Both the position numbers and the translations under genes were made by a program. Below, in pieces: positions 40,286 through 51,170 of a DNA stretch of 64,000 bases (position 1 is its first letter; each line of letters begins with the position of its first letter). A model generated the notes under the pieces. The model was not told the origin of the DNA. It searched no databases and was given only the letters and a program-made list of their open reading frames with translations. This stretch comes from a virus: positions 1 to 64,000 of IMG/VR virus record IMGVR_UViG_3300048591_001244; one strand, given 5' to 3'.

Positions 40286-41356
40286 TTAGGTTAAAGCTGC
40301 CATTGCCGCTTCGAATGCTGCAATACTTCCACCGGCTGCATTTGCATACAGAATGTAAGTATACTCAGCAATAGTTCCACCCGCATTGACCATGCTCTGA
40401 TTGGCATCAACAGTCCGTTTCACCTTGATTACATAGGTCCAGTACGAGTTTGCTGCAACAGGAGCTTCATTGATTGCCATGGCGTGAGAGCCGGAAGCAA
40501 GGTTTCCTGATGTGCGCTCCATAACCGGAACCATATTGACAAGGTGAGAACCTTTACCTTGCTGATATACAGCTGCAGTTGTCAAAACGCGGTCAGTAGA
40601 AGTAAATCCGGATTCCAGACGAACTTCTGTTGCTCCACCTTTTGTCTCTTTTGCATTGTAATACCCGCCGGTATCAGTCAAACGAAGACCCAAAGTTGTA
40701 CTTGTCAATGGATTTGTTGCTGAGAAAGCAGCCAGTACACAAGTACCTGTTGAGGAAGAAGTAACTGTTTCTCCTGCAATAAACACTTTTCCAGGAGAGA
40801 GAGAAGTAATGTCAATGTTCAGTGTTCCAGTAGCTCCCGAAGCAATAGTATTCAAGGCAACTCCTGTTGCTCCTGAAGTTCCACCTACAAGAGTATCACC
40901 AGCTGTAATTGTTGCTGTTGCAACGTTACCCGTGAGCAAATAGCCTACACGAACACCTGCAGTAACATAACCACGCTGATCACGATTGACCTTACGAGCC
41001 ATATCCATCAGCATATTTAACTTATCAGAAGCATTTCCAATAAGTGTTGCCGGAGTAGTATAAGCTACAGGCTTCATACTTCCTGTGTACTCATAGTCTC
41101 TTTTTGAGGCTCCTCCAAATGCAAACTTGTATCGCGTTGAAGCGATCATTGTAGCACTTGGATAAATTGTCACGACCTGAGCAACTTCCGTCACTGCAGC
41201 AAAGCGCTCATACCCGTTGTAGTCAACGGCTTTAATCGTAGGCAATCCTGAGATTGCATACATAGCATTGGCTCCTGTTCCAACCGTAGTGACATCTGCC
41301 GCGACAGGATTGTTCAACAGTGACCATGCCATAGGTGCATTGAATTCTGTTTTCAT
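40286..41356 (-). CDS. Abundant structural protein (auxiliary capsid-like)
   Basis: 356 aa, Thr/Ala/Gly-rich, has its own promoter and terminator. Confidence 0.55.
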   Translation of the reverse strand: MKTEFNAPMAWSLLNNPVAADVTTVGTGANAMYAISGLPTIKAVDYNGYERFAAVTEVAQVVTIYPSATMIASTRYKFAFGGASKRDYEYTGSMKPVAYTTPATLIGNASDKLNMLMDMARKVNRDQRGYVTAGVRVGYLLTGNVATATITAGDTLVGGTSGATGVALNTIASGATGTLNIDITSLSPGKVFIAGETVTSSSTGTCVLAAFSATNPLTSTTLGLRLTDTGGYYNAKETKGGATEVRLESGFTSTDRVLTTAAVYQQGKGSHLVNMVPVMERTSGNLASGSHAMAINEAPVAANSYWTYVIKVKRTVDANQSMVNAGGTIAEYTYILYANAAGGSIAAFEAAMAALT

Positions 41357-41413
41357 TGTTTTTGATTTTTAGTTGTTAAGTAATTATTAAAAGCCCGCAT
41401 CTTTGGGGTTGTA

Positions 41414-41421
41414 CAAATATA
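41414..41421 (-). promoter_or_regulatory. TAnnTTTG -7 box
   Basis: TATATTTG on the - strand upstream of 41356. Confidence 0.6.
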
Positions 41422-41428
41422 CTTTTTT

Positions 41429-42199
41429 TTATGATCTTTCAGCTTCCATAGAAACTTTTTGAGACTTCTGGTAATCTTCGAAAGTTCCGGTCAGTACAGA
41501 GGCCGCAATCTTGCATATTTCCTCATGTGTACTCACCGGCAATTCCGTTTGTGTAAGGTTATTAACAATTCCGGTTCCTGTAAAAGAACCGATTGTTGCA
41601 GTGAAAACAGATCCTACAGGATAGATGATCGATCCTGAATTCACAATTCCACTGACAACATAGTATGGCCGTCCAATTATCAATGCTGTTAAACCTTGAG
41701 TAATTGGCGTTTCATCAAACTTTACCCTGGTATGATTCTTTAAATAAGTCATTAGTCCTGGACCTAAAACAAGCTTACCCGAACTGAAGGTAAAGCCGGT
41801 TGCAGTCCTGCGATGAATGATTTTATTAACACCGGGTTTAGTAAATGAATTTTTGGAGAGATCAGATTCCTGATAGGTCTTCAAATCACATGGCTCCTGT
41901 TTTCCATTAACGGTAACAGTAGTCAAGAGATGATAGCTGAAATCAGGCGGAGTATCTGTTTTTTGACCTACAATAGAAATGGGATAATCATCAACAATGA
42001 TAGGATACAATTCTTCGCGTACCCTTTCAGGCACCTCAAAAGAATATCTCCTTTGCTGTTTGATATTGTCGTACCGATCTTTGACAAAGCTATCAATGGC
42101 AGTATTCAAAGCCTGATCTCGATCAGTACGACTATATCTTGGACTCTTGACCTTATCGGCCCAGAAATCCACCTTATCATGCATTTCCTTTAGGTTCAT
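41429..42199 (-). CDS. Head-tail adaptor/ring protein
   Basis: MNLKEMH...DK...ELPVSTHEEICKIAA pattern. Confidence 0.65.
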   Translation of the reverse strand: MNLKEMHDKVDFWADKVKSPRYSRTDRDQALNTAIDSFVKDRYDNIKQQRRYSFEVPERVREELYPIIVDDYPISIVGQKTDTPPDFSYHLLTTVTVNGKQEPCDLKTYQESDLSKNSFTKPGVNKIIHRRTATGFTFSSGKLVLGPGLMTYLKNHTRVKFDETPITQGLTALIIGRPYYVVSGIVNSGSIIYPVGSVFTATIGSFTGTGIVNNLTQTELPVSTHEEICKIAASVLTGTFEDYQKSQKVSMEAERS

Positions 42200-42200
42200 C

Positions 42201-43115
42201 TTAGAATCCGTCTAAATTTGAACTCGGTTCATTTACTATTTCCTCATCTTCCTCTTCTTCTTCAAGATTAGGAACGTTTTTGACTGCTTCTACCTTTTTT
42301 GTATTTGCTGTAGTATGCTTTGCAGCCTTTGATATAGAATCAAGGGTTGTCAGCATATCCACATTCTTTTTAAGGTATTCAACAGCAAGTTCTTTGGATA
42401 GCCCAAGACTTATTCCCATGTATACAAATCCACGTTCATTGCCGGTATTCTGGATATCTCCATTTGAAAGGGCTCTTTCGAAGATCTCGTGAATCCTGGT
42501 CTTTTCAGTGTCATTCATATATGGAAGGAACTTCTTAGGGTTTTCCATGGCAAGATCAACCAATGTACCACGAGTAATCTCGATCGTGTTATTTGATGGA
42601 TCCATATTGAACAGTCGAGAGAAGTCATTCAACTTATTCTCGCTCATATTATTGATGAAATTGAACACATCAATAAAAGTGGTTGCTTTTTGTAATGAAT
42701 CTTTCGCTTGCTGAGAGTGAGACTCTACTTTCCAGCGTGGCCGGCCAACAACATTTGGAGAATTTTCCATGAAGAAATGATGCTTAAAAATGTGCCATTC
42801 TTTTGCATCTTCCGGGTTTTTCAAATAGAAAACTCGACCATCGAGCAGAGTAAGCTTTTTAAACTTTCTGCTTCCATCAGCATTTGTACCAACCTGAATT
42901 CCAAACCAATACTTCTTTTCTCTTACTTCCGGATCAGGATGATTTTGATTCGATGCCAACTTTCCTTTAAATCCGGAAAATGTTGTCGATTCATTCTTGA
43001 ACATATTGGGTTTCATCGGATGGACCGTAATGATTCCCTCTCTTTCAATATCATCAAAAGAGCACACTTCTGTTTCGTCAAACACTTGGGGTTGACCAAT
43101 ATTTGTTCTTCTCAT
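42201..43115 (-). CDS. Conserved capsid-module protein
   Basis: 304 aa directly downstream of the MCP, as in crAss-like phages. Confidence 0.55.
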   Translation of the reverse strand: MRRTNIGQPQVFDETEVCSFDDIEREGIITVHPMKPNMFKNESTTFSGFKGKLASNQNHPDPEVREKKYWFGIQVGTNADGSRKFKKLTLLDGRVFYLKNPEDAKEWHIFKHHFFMENSPNVVGRPRWKVESHSQQAKDSLQKATTFIDVFNFINNMSENKLNDFSRLFNMDPSNNTIEITRGTLVDLAMENPKKFLPYMNDTEKTRIHEIFERALSNGDIQNTGNERGFVYMGISLGLSKELAVEYLKKNVDMLTTLDSISKAAKHTTANTKKVEAVKNVPNLEEEEEDEEIVNEPSSNLDGF

Positions 43116-43142
43116 TTTTTTTGTTTTTTAAGTAAAAATAAA

Positions 43143-43170
43143 GCGGAGCCAACTCTTGGGATGGCTCCGC
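43143..43170 (-). terminator. Intrinsic terminator after the MCP gene
   Basis: GCGGAGCCA/TGGCTCCGC stem followed by TTTATTTTT on the - strand. Confidence 0.75.
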
Positions 43171-43177
43171 CGGAATA

Positions 43178-44644
43178 TTAATTTGGTGACATATTGATTA
43201 TTCCACAGCTTGTTGTGTTGTAAATATTGATCATGTCCTGCTTGAGCATTTCATAAGCAATAGCATCAACAGAGTGGAGAACCTGTCCGTCGGCCCCTGT
43301 CAATCCATTAAGGTATGCTTCAACCATTGAACGGTTGATACCATAGGCTCCTTTGGTGACGATCTCAATGTTCGGAGAAGATATACTTCCCGGATCAAGA
43401 AAAACGGCCATGTTTCCACGGATCAACTCACCATTGGATCCACGCTCATACCATTTTTCTTCATCATCCCAGGCAACGTTCTTGCAAAGGATAACTTTGT
43501 TTCCGTTGATATTGAAAGTATCAAAGTTTTGTCCAACTTCAATATCTCCACCACCAACAGAACCACTAGAAGATCCACTATGAGTAACGTTTCCGCCCAA
43601 TTGATTAACCCAGTAATCGCGGAAAAGATTCTGATAGTGAGCATAACCATCGGTACCTGTTACCATGTACCAGTAGTTATTTGACGTTTTGTTCGAACGC
43701 TTCTCGAGCGTCTTCATCATGTCAGTTACATCATCAATGGTAGATTTACCATCGGCACCGGAACCAAAGTGCTCATTACCACCTTCGATCAGGGGAAGAA
43801 CACCGTCACCACGGACGATCTCTTTTCCTGTACCCGGATCGATTTCCAATGAACGAGAAAGAAGCTCACCTGCAGAATTCTTCATAGAAGAAGTTCCATC
43901 CCATTTGGCGTGCTCATTTTCCATCATAAATTGGATACGAAGCTGAATCTCTTTGGTGTACTTCCATCCTTTTGTATCACCGGCAACATACCATGTTACA
44001 TCAGTCAAAGCATCTCCTGTCAAGGACATACCTTTACGCTGAGTAGTCATATGCTGGATGAACTCAGAAGGGAAGAATGATCGGCTGTAACCTCTCAGTG
44101 AAGCCTCACCATAAGAAGTGTATGCTCCAAAAGCAAAGGATTCACCAATCGGGTGAAGGTGCGTTGCAGAGACAAACAGCTCATTCGGATTGTGGAAAGT
44201 GTAATTGTATCCACCGGAAACTTTTGTAGGGTTGCCGGAAACGCGAGCATAGAAATGATCACGATAGAACTTTACCATCTGTCCAGGATACAGCTGACTG
44301 TCTTTCATCGTTAAGATGAAATAGCCATCAGCAGTAGTTGTTCCTACCTGAGCAATAACGGCAGATTTCTTTTGGATACGACCTTGCACCTTGTAGCGCA
44401 TAGCCTGATCACCAATGGCTTTACCATCAGGAATCTTTCCGATTTTTGTTTTAATTGCAGTGGTATCTCCTGTACGAAGATCCCAAGGGGTGCGAGCACC
44501 AGAAACGATCATTGTAGACAATGTTCTTGCATCGGCATACTCAATGACGTCGCGCACAAAGGGCTTTTTTGCCGCATTCTGCGTAAGGCTATTGGATGTT
44601 GTACACGAATCATCCCAACTGCCCTGAATAGTTTGTATTTTCAT
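43178..44644 (-). CDS. Major capsid protein
   Basis: 488 aa; order terminase-portal-scaffold-MCP; QHMTTQRK, GDGVLPLIE, MVTGTDG motifs. Confidence 0.8.
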   Translation of the reverse strand: MKIQTIQGSWDDSCTTSNSLTQNAAKKPFVRDVIEYADARTLSTMIVSGARTPWDLRTGDTTAIKTKIGKIPDGKAIGDQAMRYKVQGRIQKKSAVIAQVGTTTADGYFILTMKDSQLYPGQMVKFYRDHFYARVSGNPTKVSGGYNYTFHNPNELFVSATHLHPIGESFAFGAYTSYGEASLRGYSRSFFPSEFIQHMTTQRKGMSLTGDALTDVTWYVAGDTKGWKYTKEIQLRIQFMMENEHAKWDGTSSMKNSAGELLSRSLEIDPGTGKEIVRGDGVLPLIEGGNEHFGSGADGKSTIDDVTDMMKTLEKRSNKTSNNYWYMVTGTDGYAHYQNLFRDYWVNQLGGNVTHSGSSSGSVGGGDIEVGQNFDTFNINGNKVILCKNVAWDDEEKWYERGSNGELIRGNMAVFLDPGSISSPNIEIVTKGAYGINRSMVEAYLNGLTGADGQVLHSVDAIAYEMLKQDMINIYNTTSCGIINMSPN

Positions 44645-44669
44645 TTCTAAATTAGATTAGGAGTTAAAC

Positions 44670-45938
44670 TTAACGTCCTGATCTGGCCTCTTCTTCTTTT
44701 GCTAGTATTTCGCCCCAAGCATCAAGCCCTTTTGCCGTCTTCTTGTTAACAGAACTTTTGCTTCCGGTTTCAAGACCTATATTCTTAATCTTGTTAAGAA
44801 CCTGCTTTCTACCTTCGTCACGCTTTCCGTTACCAATTAACGATGGTAACTGATTTTGGAACTCTAAAAACATTGCAATCTGAACTTCCAATTCGGGATT
44901 TTTGGTAAGCATAGCTTTGTAATATCCCTTTTCGTACTTTTTCTGAAGCAACGCTTTATCTCGTTCAGCAATTGGAACCCCGAAAAATTCTTTGGCTTTG
45001 CCCAAATTTTCCTTAAAAGTCTTTGCTTCTGCTAAACGATCACTTTCTTGTTTTTCTTTTGCTCTATTTATTTTTTCTCTCGCTTCTGAAATCATCGATT
45101 CCTCACGAGAAGCTTTTCCGTTTTTTAATGCCTGACGAAGCATATCTGCTTCAAGGTCAAGCTTTCCGTCAACGTCGAAACTCTCAACAATCTCTTCGGC
45201 TTTCTCTTCCGGGAAGTTCTTCAAAAGAAGATCCTTCTTTACAAGAGACCTATTATCAAGAGCAAGATACTGATCAAATATTTTCAGCGGATTTAAGAAC
45301 GATTCTACCGTATTTCCTTCTACTGAAAGAAAATCATAAAGTTTCTTAGCATCCTCCGGAAGTTTATCAAGAGCCAAATTCTGTCCTTCTTCAACACCAG
45401 CAAGGCGCTCAGCCTTTTTCGTCTCTTCAAGCCTTACCTTAAAAGAAGTGAAATTATCATCTTCCAATTCTCCCAATCCGGTTTCTTTGGCAATCAATCC
45501 CCAGGTAGATTCTTCTACCGTTTCTGCTTCTGAAGACTCTTCAAGGTCTTTAACCTCAAATTTAACTTCTCCATCATCGTCATCTTCTCCTATATCTTCT
45601 ATTGCAGGAGCCTTCTTTTCAAGATCAGGTTTCTTTTCTTCCTTTTTTTTCGAATCTTCCTTTTTTGCTGCTCCGGCCTCGATCTCTTCCATTGTTGTTC
45701 CATCGGGAAGATCTCCAATGTCCTTTGCGCTTTTGAGAGCCTTTTCAGGATTGACAAAAGCTTCAATGGTTTGCTCGGTCTTTTTTTCAGATGCAGCTGA
45801 ATTATCATCTGCAGATTCTGTTGATACGGTAGTTTCAATTGCCGGTTCCCCGCCTTCCGCTGCTGCCGTTACTCCCCCGCCCGTAGAGTCTCCGGCATCT
45901 GAGCCTGAGTCTGGACTTCTGTGAAATTTGAACTTCAT
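44670..45938 (-). CDS. Putative scaffolding protein
   Basis: Acidic disordered N-terminus and coiled coil, between portal and MCP. Confidence 0.65.
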   Translation of the reverse strand: MKFKFHRSPDSGSDAGDSTGGGVTAAAEGGEPAIETTVSTESADDNSAASEKKTEQTIEAFVNPEKALKSAKDIGDLPDGTTMEEIEAGAAKKEDSKKKEEKKPDLEKKAPAIEDIGEDDDDGEVKFEVKDLEESSEAETVEESTWGLIAKETGLGELEDDNFTSFKVRLEETKKAERLAGVEEGQNLALDKLPEDAKKLYDFLSVEGNTVESFLNPLKIFDQYLALDNRSLVKKDLLLKNFPEEKAEEIVESFDVDGKLDLEADMLRQALKNGKASREESMISEAREKINRAKEKQESDRLAEAKTFKENLGKAKEFFGVPIAERDKALLQKKYEKGYYKAMLTKNPELEVQIAMFLEFQNQLPSLIGNGKRDEGRKQVLNKIKNIGLETGSKSSVNKKTAKGLDAWGEILAKEEEARSGR

Positions 45939-45970
45939 GATTTTTAGTTTATGATTTATTAATTAGAAGC

Positions 45971-46276
45971 CTATTGCTTCATTCCTTCGATTGTATATCC
46001 TGTCACGGCCAACTTTCCCGTGTAAGAATCGCCCTTCTCATTATCAAGAAGTTCGTTTCTTAACAGTTTTACAGTGATTTCCATCTTATACTCTTGTCCA
46101 ACTTCAAGAGTTGCAAGTTCAGGAATTTGCGTACTGTTAATATGAATCATTGGTCTTCCATCAGGAACATCCCAGGATTCTTTTGGCAATTTTGTCGTTG
46201 AATCAATCTTGCGAAGATCTGTTTTAAGCAAAACAGGAACTTTTAAATTATTTTTCATAGCTGTAATATTAAGCAA
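45971..46276 (-). CDS. Hypothetical protein
   Basis: ORF between portal and scaffold; true start probably MKNN. Confidence 0.55.
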   Translation of the reverse strand: MLNITAMKNNLKVPVLLKTDLRKIDSTTKLPKESWDVPDGRPMIHINSTQIPELATLEVGQEYKMEITVKLLRNELLDNEKGDSYTGKLAVTGYTIEGMKQ

Positions 46277-48512
46277 TCATTTGTTGTTGTGGCTGTTGAG
46301 GCATTCCTTGAGCCCCATCCATAAATTGTGCACCCATCATACTATACTCATTCATAGCTTCTTGGTTGATTCTTCCTGATTCTAAAAGATGCTTGAGAAT
46401 TTCCATGAAAGCTTTGAATTTGCGCTCTTTATCAAGCTCTCCATCTCTGGCCTGAACCTGCTGACCTACCATCTGTTGTTTAGCTTGATTATCTCTCTCA
46501 GCCTGTTCTGCCTGATTTTTTTTAATGACTTCCCATCCGTTACGGGTAATGGCAATAGCTTCGTCAATAGTTTCTGACAGGGCCGCTTCCATCGCATCGA
46601 CAACGCGCATTTCCCCGGCATTGATCGCCTGTGGGAACCAGAGTTGCATCATCTGACGAATATCCCCTTCTTTCCGGCCATCAGTTATCACTGCATCAAA
46701 ATCATCCAGGGAAAGATTTTTAATCTCTTCCAAAAAGAGAGCACCCTTGTCACCAAGTAGTTGCTGAGCTTCTTTATGATGGAAATTGCCATATGTTATC
46801 TGAGCGGCCTGAAGTAATTTCCTGACAACCATCCGGACAAACTGATGATTCATGTGAAATAAATATTCCGTAGAAGTACGTGAAACTTGTATCTGATTTA
46901 CCGCATTGGTAGCAGTCATGGATGCAGGGGTCTGGCCCTGACGAGAATTTGACAATCCGGTAAGCAGATCTGTCGTAGCTTCCAAATTCTGCTTTAAAGC
47001 AATCAAATGTTGAAAGCTATTACTCAGTCCAAGATCAAATTCTTTTAAGAGATTCCCTACCAAGTTCCCGTTGGCAAGCTGAGCCGCATCAGAGGAAGAG
47101 TCCACGTCAATGATTCCATCATTGATCATTCGTAACAACATCTTTTCCATTGTATTATTACCAAGAAAAGCTCTGTCATAAACAATAACCTTACCTTTTA
47201 ACTTGTTCAACTCTCTACGAATCTGGAGCATGGTAATGTTGTACAATTCGGAAACATGGTCAAGAGTATTGAAAATTGAAATTCTTGTTCCGTCATGAGT
47301 TTTGAAAAGAAGACCGGTATAAGAATATTCAGACAAAAAAGGATTCTGAACCGATCGTGGCTGATTGGGTTTTACTCTAATATTTTTGAAAATGCTTTTG
47401 CCAATTCTGTATCCTTCCCAGACATATGACAATTCGGTAGCTGAAGCTTTTATCTTTCCGTTGGAAACCTTGCTTTTGAACCTCTCTCTTTCAGTAGAGT
47501 CCATCTTATCAAGGTCCATCATCTTGTAATAAGTGGCACCTGTTTTTGACGGAGATTCTTTTATGTACAAAGTATCAACAGCTCTCCATTCAAGATGGTA
47601 TACTTCAATGCCGCCATCTATTCCAACATCTTTCTGGCCGGTATTGGTGCTGATCGTTGCAGTATTACTTCTGTTTTCTTTAATCTCACTTTTCAACTGC
47701 CTGTATTCTTCAGCGGTAAGATCAAATCGATTCATGATATCGTGCATGAAAAGAACTTCACGCCTTCCGATGTATGGAGTTTTTTGCAGGAAAGGATCTT
47801 TTTTAGATTCCTCAAACAACATATCACGAACATCACACTCCCGGACCCGGGTGTATCCGGCCTTGTCGATCTCTACCTGAATAAAAGCTTCAGAACAAAT
47901 TACCTGGTCAGAAAAGGATTCAGCAAGTTTGCTCCAAATATCTTCGATTTCCATTACCTTCCGAAGAAGGATCTGCATGATATGAGTCGTTCTTCTCTTT
48001 CCTGAAAGAAGATCAAAGATTTTATCATCATCTTCTTGCAATGGTTCCATGCCTTCTAAGACTGGAACTTCTGCAGATCTGAGTTTTTGTATTTCCGGGG
48101 CTGCGTGTTTTAATCCTACCTGAAAAGCATAGTTTTCGAAAAGCTCACTCTTAGCATCAGGGTTAACACTTACAACTCTATCAAATCGTTCTCTTCCCAG
48201 CCACTCACCAACCAATAGTTCAACCTTTGTACGCCCCAACCGGTAGTCATTGTAACGGACCAACGCATCACCTCCGTAAGTGCTGTTGATATGTTTGTAT
48301 TTCTGCTCGTTAACAAGTCCATTGAAATCATTGTAAAGCTTGTTGATTTTTGTCAGCTGCTCCTTTCGAACAGAGTTAAATCTTGCAATAGCATATTCTA
48401 TACATTGCTGACCAAGATACTTCTGGTACTCCTGTATAGACATATCCTTCGGCGGCTTCTCATACATTTTGAAGCCTGGAAAATAATCCGGAACGCCAGC
48501 ATCTTTTAACAT
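46269..48512 (-). CDS. Portal protein
   Basis: 747 aa after the terminase; KVELLVGE, WEGYRIG, LTGLSNSRQG; Gln-rich C-terminus. Confidence 0.85.
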   Translation of the reverse strand: MLKDAGVPDYFPGFKMYEKPPKDMSIQEYQKYLGQQCIEYAIARFNSVRKEQLTKINKLYNDFNGLVNEQKYKHINSTYGGDALVRYNDYRLGRTKVELLVGEWLGRERFDRVVSVNPDAKSELFENYAFQVGLKHAAPEIQKLRSAEVPVLEGMEPLQEDDDKIFDLLSGKRRTTHIMQILLRKVMEIEDIWSKLAESFSDQVICSEAFIQVEIDKAGYTRVRECDVRDMLFEESKKDPFLQKTPYIGRREVLFMHDIMNRFDLTAEEYRQLKSEIKENRSNTATISTNTGQKDVGIDGGIEVYHLEWRAVDTLYIKESPSKTGATYYKMMDLDKMDSTERERFKSKVSNGKIKASATELSYVWEGYRIGKSIFKNIRVKPNQPRSVQNPFLSEYSYTGLLFKTHDGTRISIFNTLDHVSELYNITMLQIRRELNKLKGKVIVYDRAFLGNNTMEKMLLRMINDGIIDVDSSSDAAQLANGNLVGNLLKEFDLGLSNSFQHLIALKQNLEATTDLLTGLSNSRQGQTPASMTATNAVNQIQVSRTSTEYLFHMNHQFVRMVVRKLLQAAQITYGNFHHKEAQQLLGDKGALFLEEIKNLSLDDFDAVITDGRKEGDIRQMMQLWFPQAINAGEMRVVDAMEAALSETIDEAIAITRNGWEVIKKNQAEQAERDNQAKQQMVGQQVQARDGELDKERKFKAFMEILKHLLESGRINQEAMNEYSMMGAQFMDGAQGMPQQPQQQMIA

Positions 48513-48533
48513 AAAGGCGAATATATGAAATAA

Positions 48534-50621
48534 TTATATTTGACCACTATTAATTAATTGGCTGAAAAGGTCTCCTTGACTTGACTTATCAACATCATCA
48601 TTAGCCTTTTTAACGCTCGTTTTCATTTCAAAGTTTCCTGTAATTGAATTATAACTCCAGTGGGTTTCTACACTATCCTTCTGCTTTCCGGAACTAAGCT
48701 TGAGTAATTTCCTGTCAATGTCACAGACAATGGAAAGGCCCAAAGCATCTACTTCATCCCAATCTGAATCATCTTCAATCTCGTTGTAATTTGCCAGGCC
48801 ATCAACGATCAGGGGAAAGATACATTCGTCAATTTCATCTAAAACCCATGTTTGTAAAACAGAAAGCATCTGAGGCTTTGACTTCTTTCCAGAAGAGAGC
48901 ATCATTCCATAATCATGTCTTTGAGTAGAATCTTCAGCTTCGAAACTTAATGGTCTTGGTGCCAGGTAAATTTTTCCTCCGTTGGCTTTGTAATATTCAA
49001 TGATTGCCGGCTTTCCCGCATCGATCATTGTCATACCTGTCAGTCCCCAATAAATAGAAGCTTTTAAACAATTATCATAGAACTTTTCCTTCCTTCGCGG
49101 TCTGTTTCGAATGAGCATTACCGGTATTCGCTTATCAGCAAGAGATTCATTGTTTGCATTTCTATAAGGATGTCCTTTTCTCAAAGTGACAACCATTGCT
49201 CCCAAAGACTTACTTGTTATGGACTGATCTTGGTCATAGGAGTCAACTCCACCGGAATATGCATGCTTATATCCTTTGGTAGTAAGAGGAACTTCATATC
49301 CCTTTCGAATAAGAACAATATCTTCCGGTCGGTCCTTACCTTCAATGGGATCACGAAGAATAATTTCCCGCGGGGAACATATCCGGCCATCCTCTTCTTT
49401 GCGATCATCTAAAACATATGGCGCATACAAGGGCTTTGCCTGCATCATCAGATATGCCTGTTGATTTGCCAGAGCATCCCGATCAAACTGATTGGTAGCA
49501 ACAGCCATCAATGCCTCAGCTTCTGTTCTTGGGAAGTCAAGGAAATGCTCTATGTATGCCTCTAAATTACTTGCCTCTTTAAGTACCGTTCGCTGGGTTA
49601 AAATTTTCAGGTCGGCCTGTTCAACATCCTCACAGCCAAGCACTTGCTCGTCAGTAAGGTTTTTCTCCTCTTGTAAAATTTCAATGTTTGGAGTATCATG
49701 GTTTACTTCATTGGTTTCATCTACGCTTCCTGTAAAAAATCCTACAACAAGGCGGTAGCCGGGAACAAAAAATCTGTCAAGGCCATAGGCATTAGCATCG
49801 CCCCACATTGTTCTAAAGTCCTTAGAACCAGACTTTCCAGAAGTTCCGTAGACAAGAGGCGTTCCGATCAGTTTGATACCAACCTTTAGACCGGCAGTGG
49901 TCGCTGCATATCCTTTTAAAAGATGCTTAAATTCTCCACCCTCTTCATAGATAACATCATTTAAGAACTTGCCCTTGAAGACGTTAGCATTGTTGAACAT
50001 TGTTCTACAATACAGGGTGTTTTGAGATCCTGCTGGGTCCGAATTATCATCTTTCCAACCGGCAACAATAAGTTCTGCAGTATCGGAAATTTTAAACTGC
50101 ATGCGCAGTTCAGGGGGAAGAAAAGTATTGAGTTCCCGGAATTTTCGGCGCATATCATCAGAATAGTCTTTTAATCCTGCACACAGTCCGGCGCGGTATG
50201 CTTCTGCATGCATGTACATACCATAACCTAAAATTCCTTTGGCAGCTTTTTCTGATAGTCCAGCCCTTCGTTTTTTGAGCGAGATCATCCCCCTATTATT
50301 CTCTTTTACATGCTGATAGAGATCGAAGTATTCTTTGTCAAGGTCTACATAATCGGGAAGGTGATATCCACGAACAGGAGTAGCGATCTGACAGAAGTTG
50401 AGATACCAATAAAAGTTCGGAGTTATTTTTATCGAGCCGGATTCATGGCCATGTTCAAGGCGATAAAACTGCTCTTCCCACCAAGATTCGTAAGCTTTGG
50501 TGCCTACAACTTTTGGATTTGCCAGAGAATCGGCGTAGGCCGGAATTCCATACTTAGCTACTGGATTTGGGCAGAAGCCGATCCCCTTAATAATTGGCGT
50601 ATAATTATAGTCAAAGGCCAT
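48534..50621 (-). CDS. terL: Terminase large subunit
   Basis: Walker A LKKRRAGLS, Walker B VIYEEGG, coupling motif GTSG, RNase H-like GGVDSYD. Confidence 0.9.
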   Translation of the reverse strand: MAFDYNYTPIIKGIGFCPNPVAKYGIPAYADSLANPKVVGTKAYESWWEEQFYRLEHGHESGSIKITPNFYWYLNFCQIATPVRGYHLPDYVDLDKEYFDLYQHVKENNRGMISLKKRRAGLSEKAAKGILGYGMYMHAEAYRAGLCAGLKDYSDDMRRKFRELNTFLPPELRMQFKISDTAELIVAGWKDDNSDPAGSQNTLYCRTMFNNANVFKGKFLNDVIYEEGGEFKHLLKGYAATTAGLKVGIKLIGTPLVYGTSGKSGSKDFRTMWGDANAYGLDRFFVPGYRLVVGFFTGSVDETNEVNHDTPNIEILQEEKNLTDEQVLGCEDVEQADLKILTQRTVLKEASNLEAYIEHFLDFPRTEAEALMAVATNQFDRDALANQQAYLMMQAKPLYAPYVLDDRKEEDGRICSPREIILRDPIEGKDRPEDIVLIRKGYEVPLTTKGYKHAYSGGVDSYDQDQSITSKSLGAMVVTLRKGHPYRNANNESLADKRIPVMLIRNRPRRKEKFYDNCLKASIYWGLTGMTMIDAGKPAIIEYYKANGGKIYLAPRPLSFEAEDSTQRHDYGMMLSSGKKSKPQMLSVLQTWVLDEIDECIFPLIVDGLANYNEIEDDSDWDEVDALGLSIVCDIDRKLLKLSSGKQKDSVETHWSYNSITGNFEMKTSVKKANDDVDKSSQGDLFSQLINSGQI

Positions 50622-50630
50622 TTGTTTTTT

Positions 50631-50951
50631 TTAAAAATAATATAGACGGGGGTTTTTTCTTGGTCGGCTTTCCAAAATTGATAATTTTCTTTTTGGCATC
50701 AATCGATATCCATTATGGTAAGCATCCCATACTTTTTGAACTTTTCCATTTTTAATAAATGCTATGGCAAAGACCTGAAGCGTTGGGTTCATTCCCGGCT
50801 GAGGGATTAACGAAAAAAAAATTTCACGAGTTTCTGACTCGTTTTTAAAAGAATTTCGATGCTTATAAAGATGCTTCATCAATTTTTGATGAGAAGTCCT
50901 AAACGGCAACTCAATAAAATATCCAGTCTCTTGTGTTGTATACAATATCAT
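50631..50951 (-). CDS. Hypothetical protein
   Basis: 106-aa ORF in the operon. Confidence 0.6.
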   Translation of the reverse strand: MILYTTQETGYFIELPFRTSHQKLMKHLYKHRNSFKNESETREIFFSLIPQPGMNPTLQVFAIAFIKNGKVQKVWDAYHNGYRLMPKRKLSILESRPRKNPRLYYF

Positions 50952-50960
50952 GACGATAAT

Positions 50961-51170
50961 TTAAAAGGGTGATTCTTCAGGATTGCAATTTTCCGAATTA
51001 CAGGACTGCTTGAAAACAAACTCATGCTTCCTGTCCATGGTCCGGAAATGATTTGTTACAATATATCCTCCCTCTACTTCTCCAATACCATCTATAAAGG
51101 TTATCGGATAGGATTCACTCCTGTTATTCAAAAAAAAAGCTCCCGAAGGAATAAGCATTACCTGTCTCAT
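50961..51170 (-). CDS. Hypothetical protein
   Basis: 69-aa ORF, ATGA overlap. Confidence 0.55.
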   Translation of the reverse strand: MRQVMLIPSGAFFLNNRSESYPITFIDGIGEVEGGYIVTNHFRTMDRKHEFVFKQSCNSENCNPEESPF

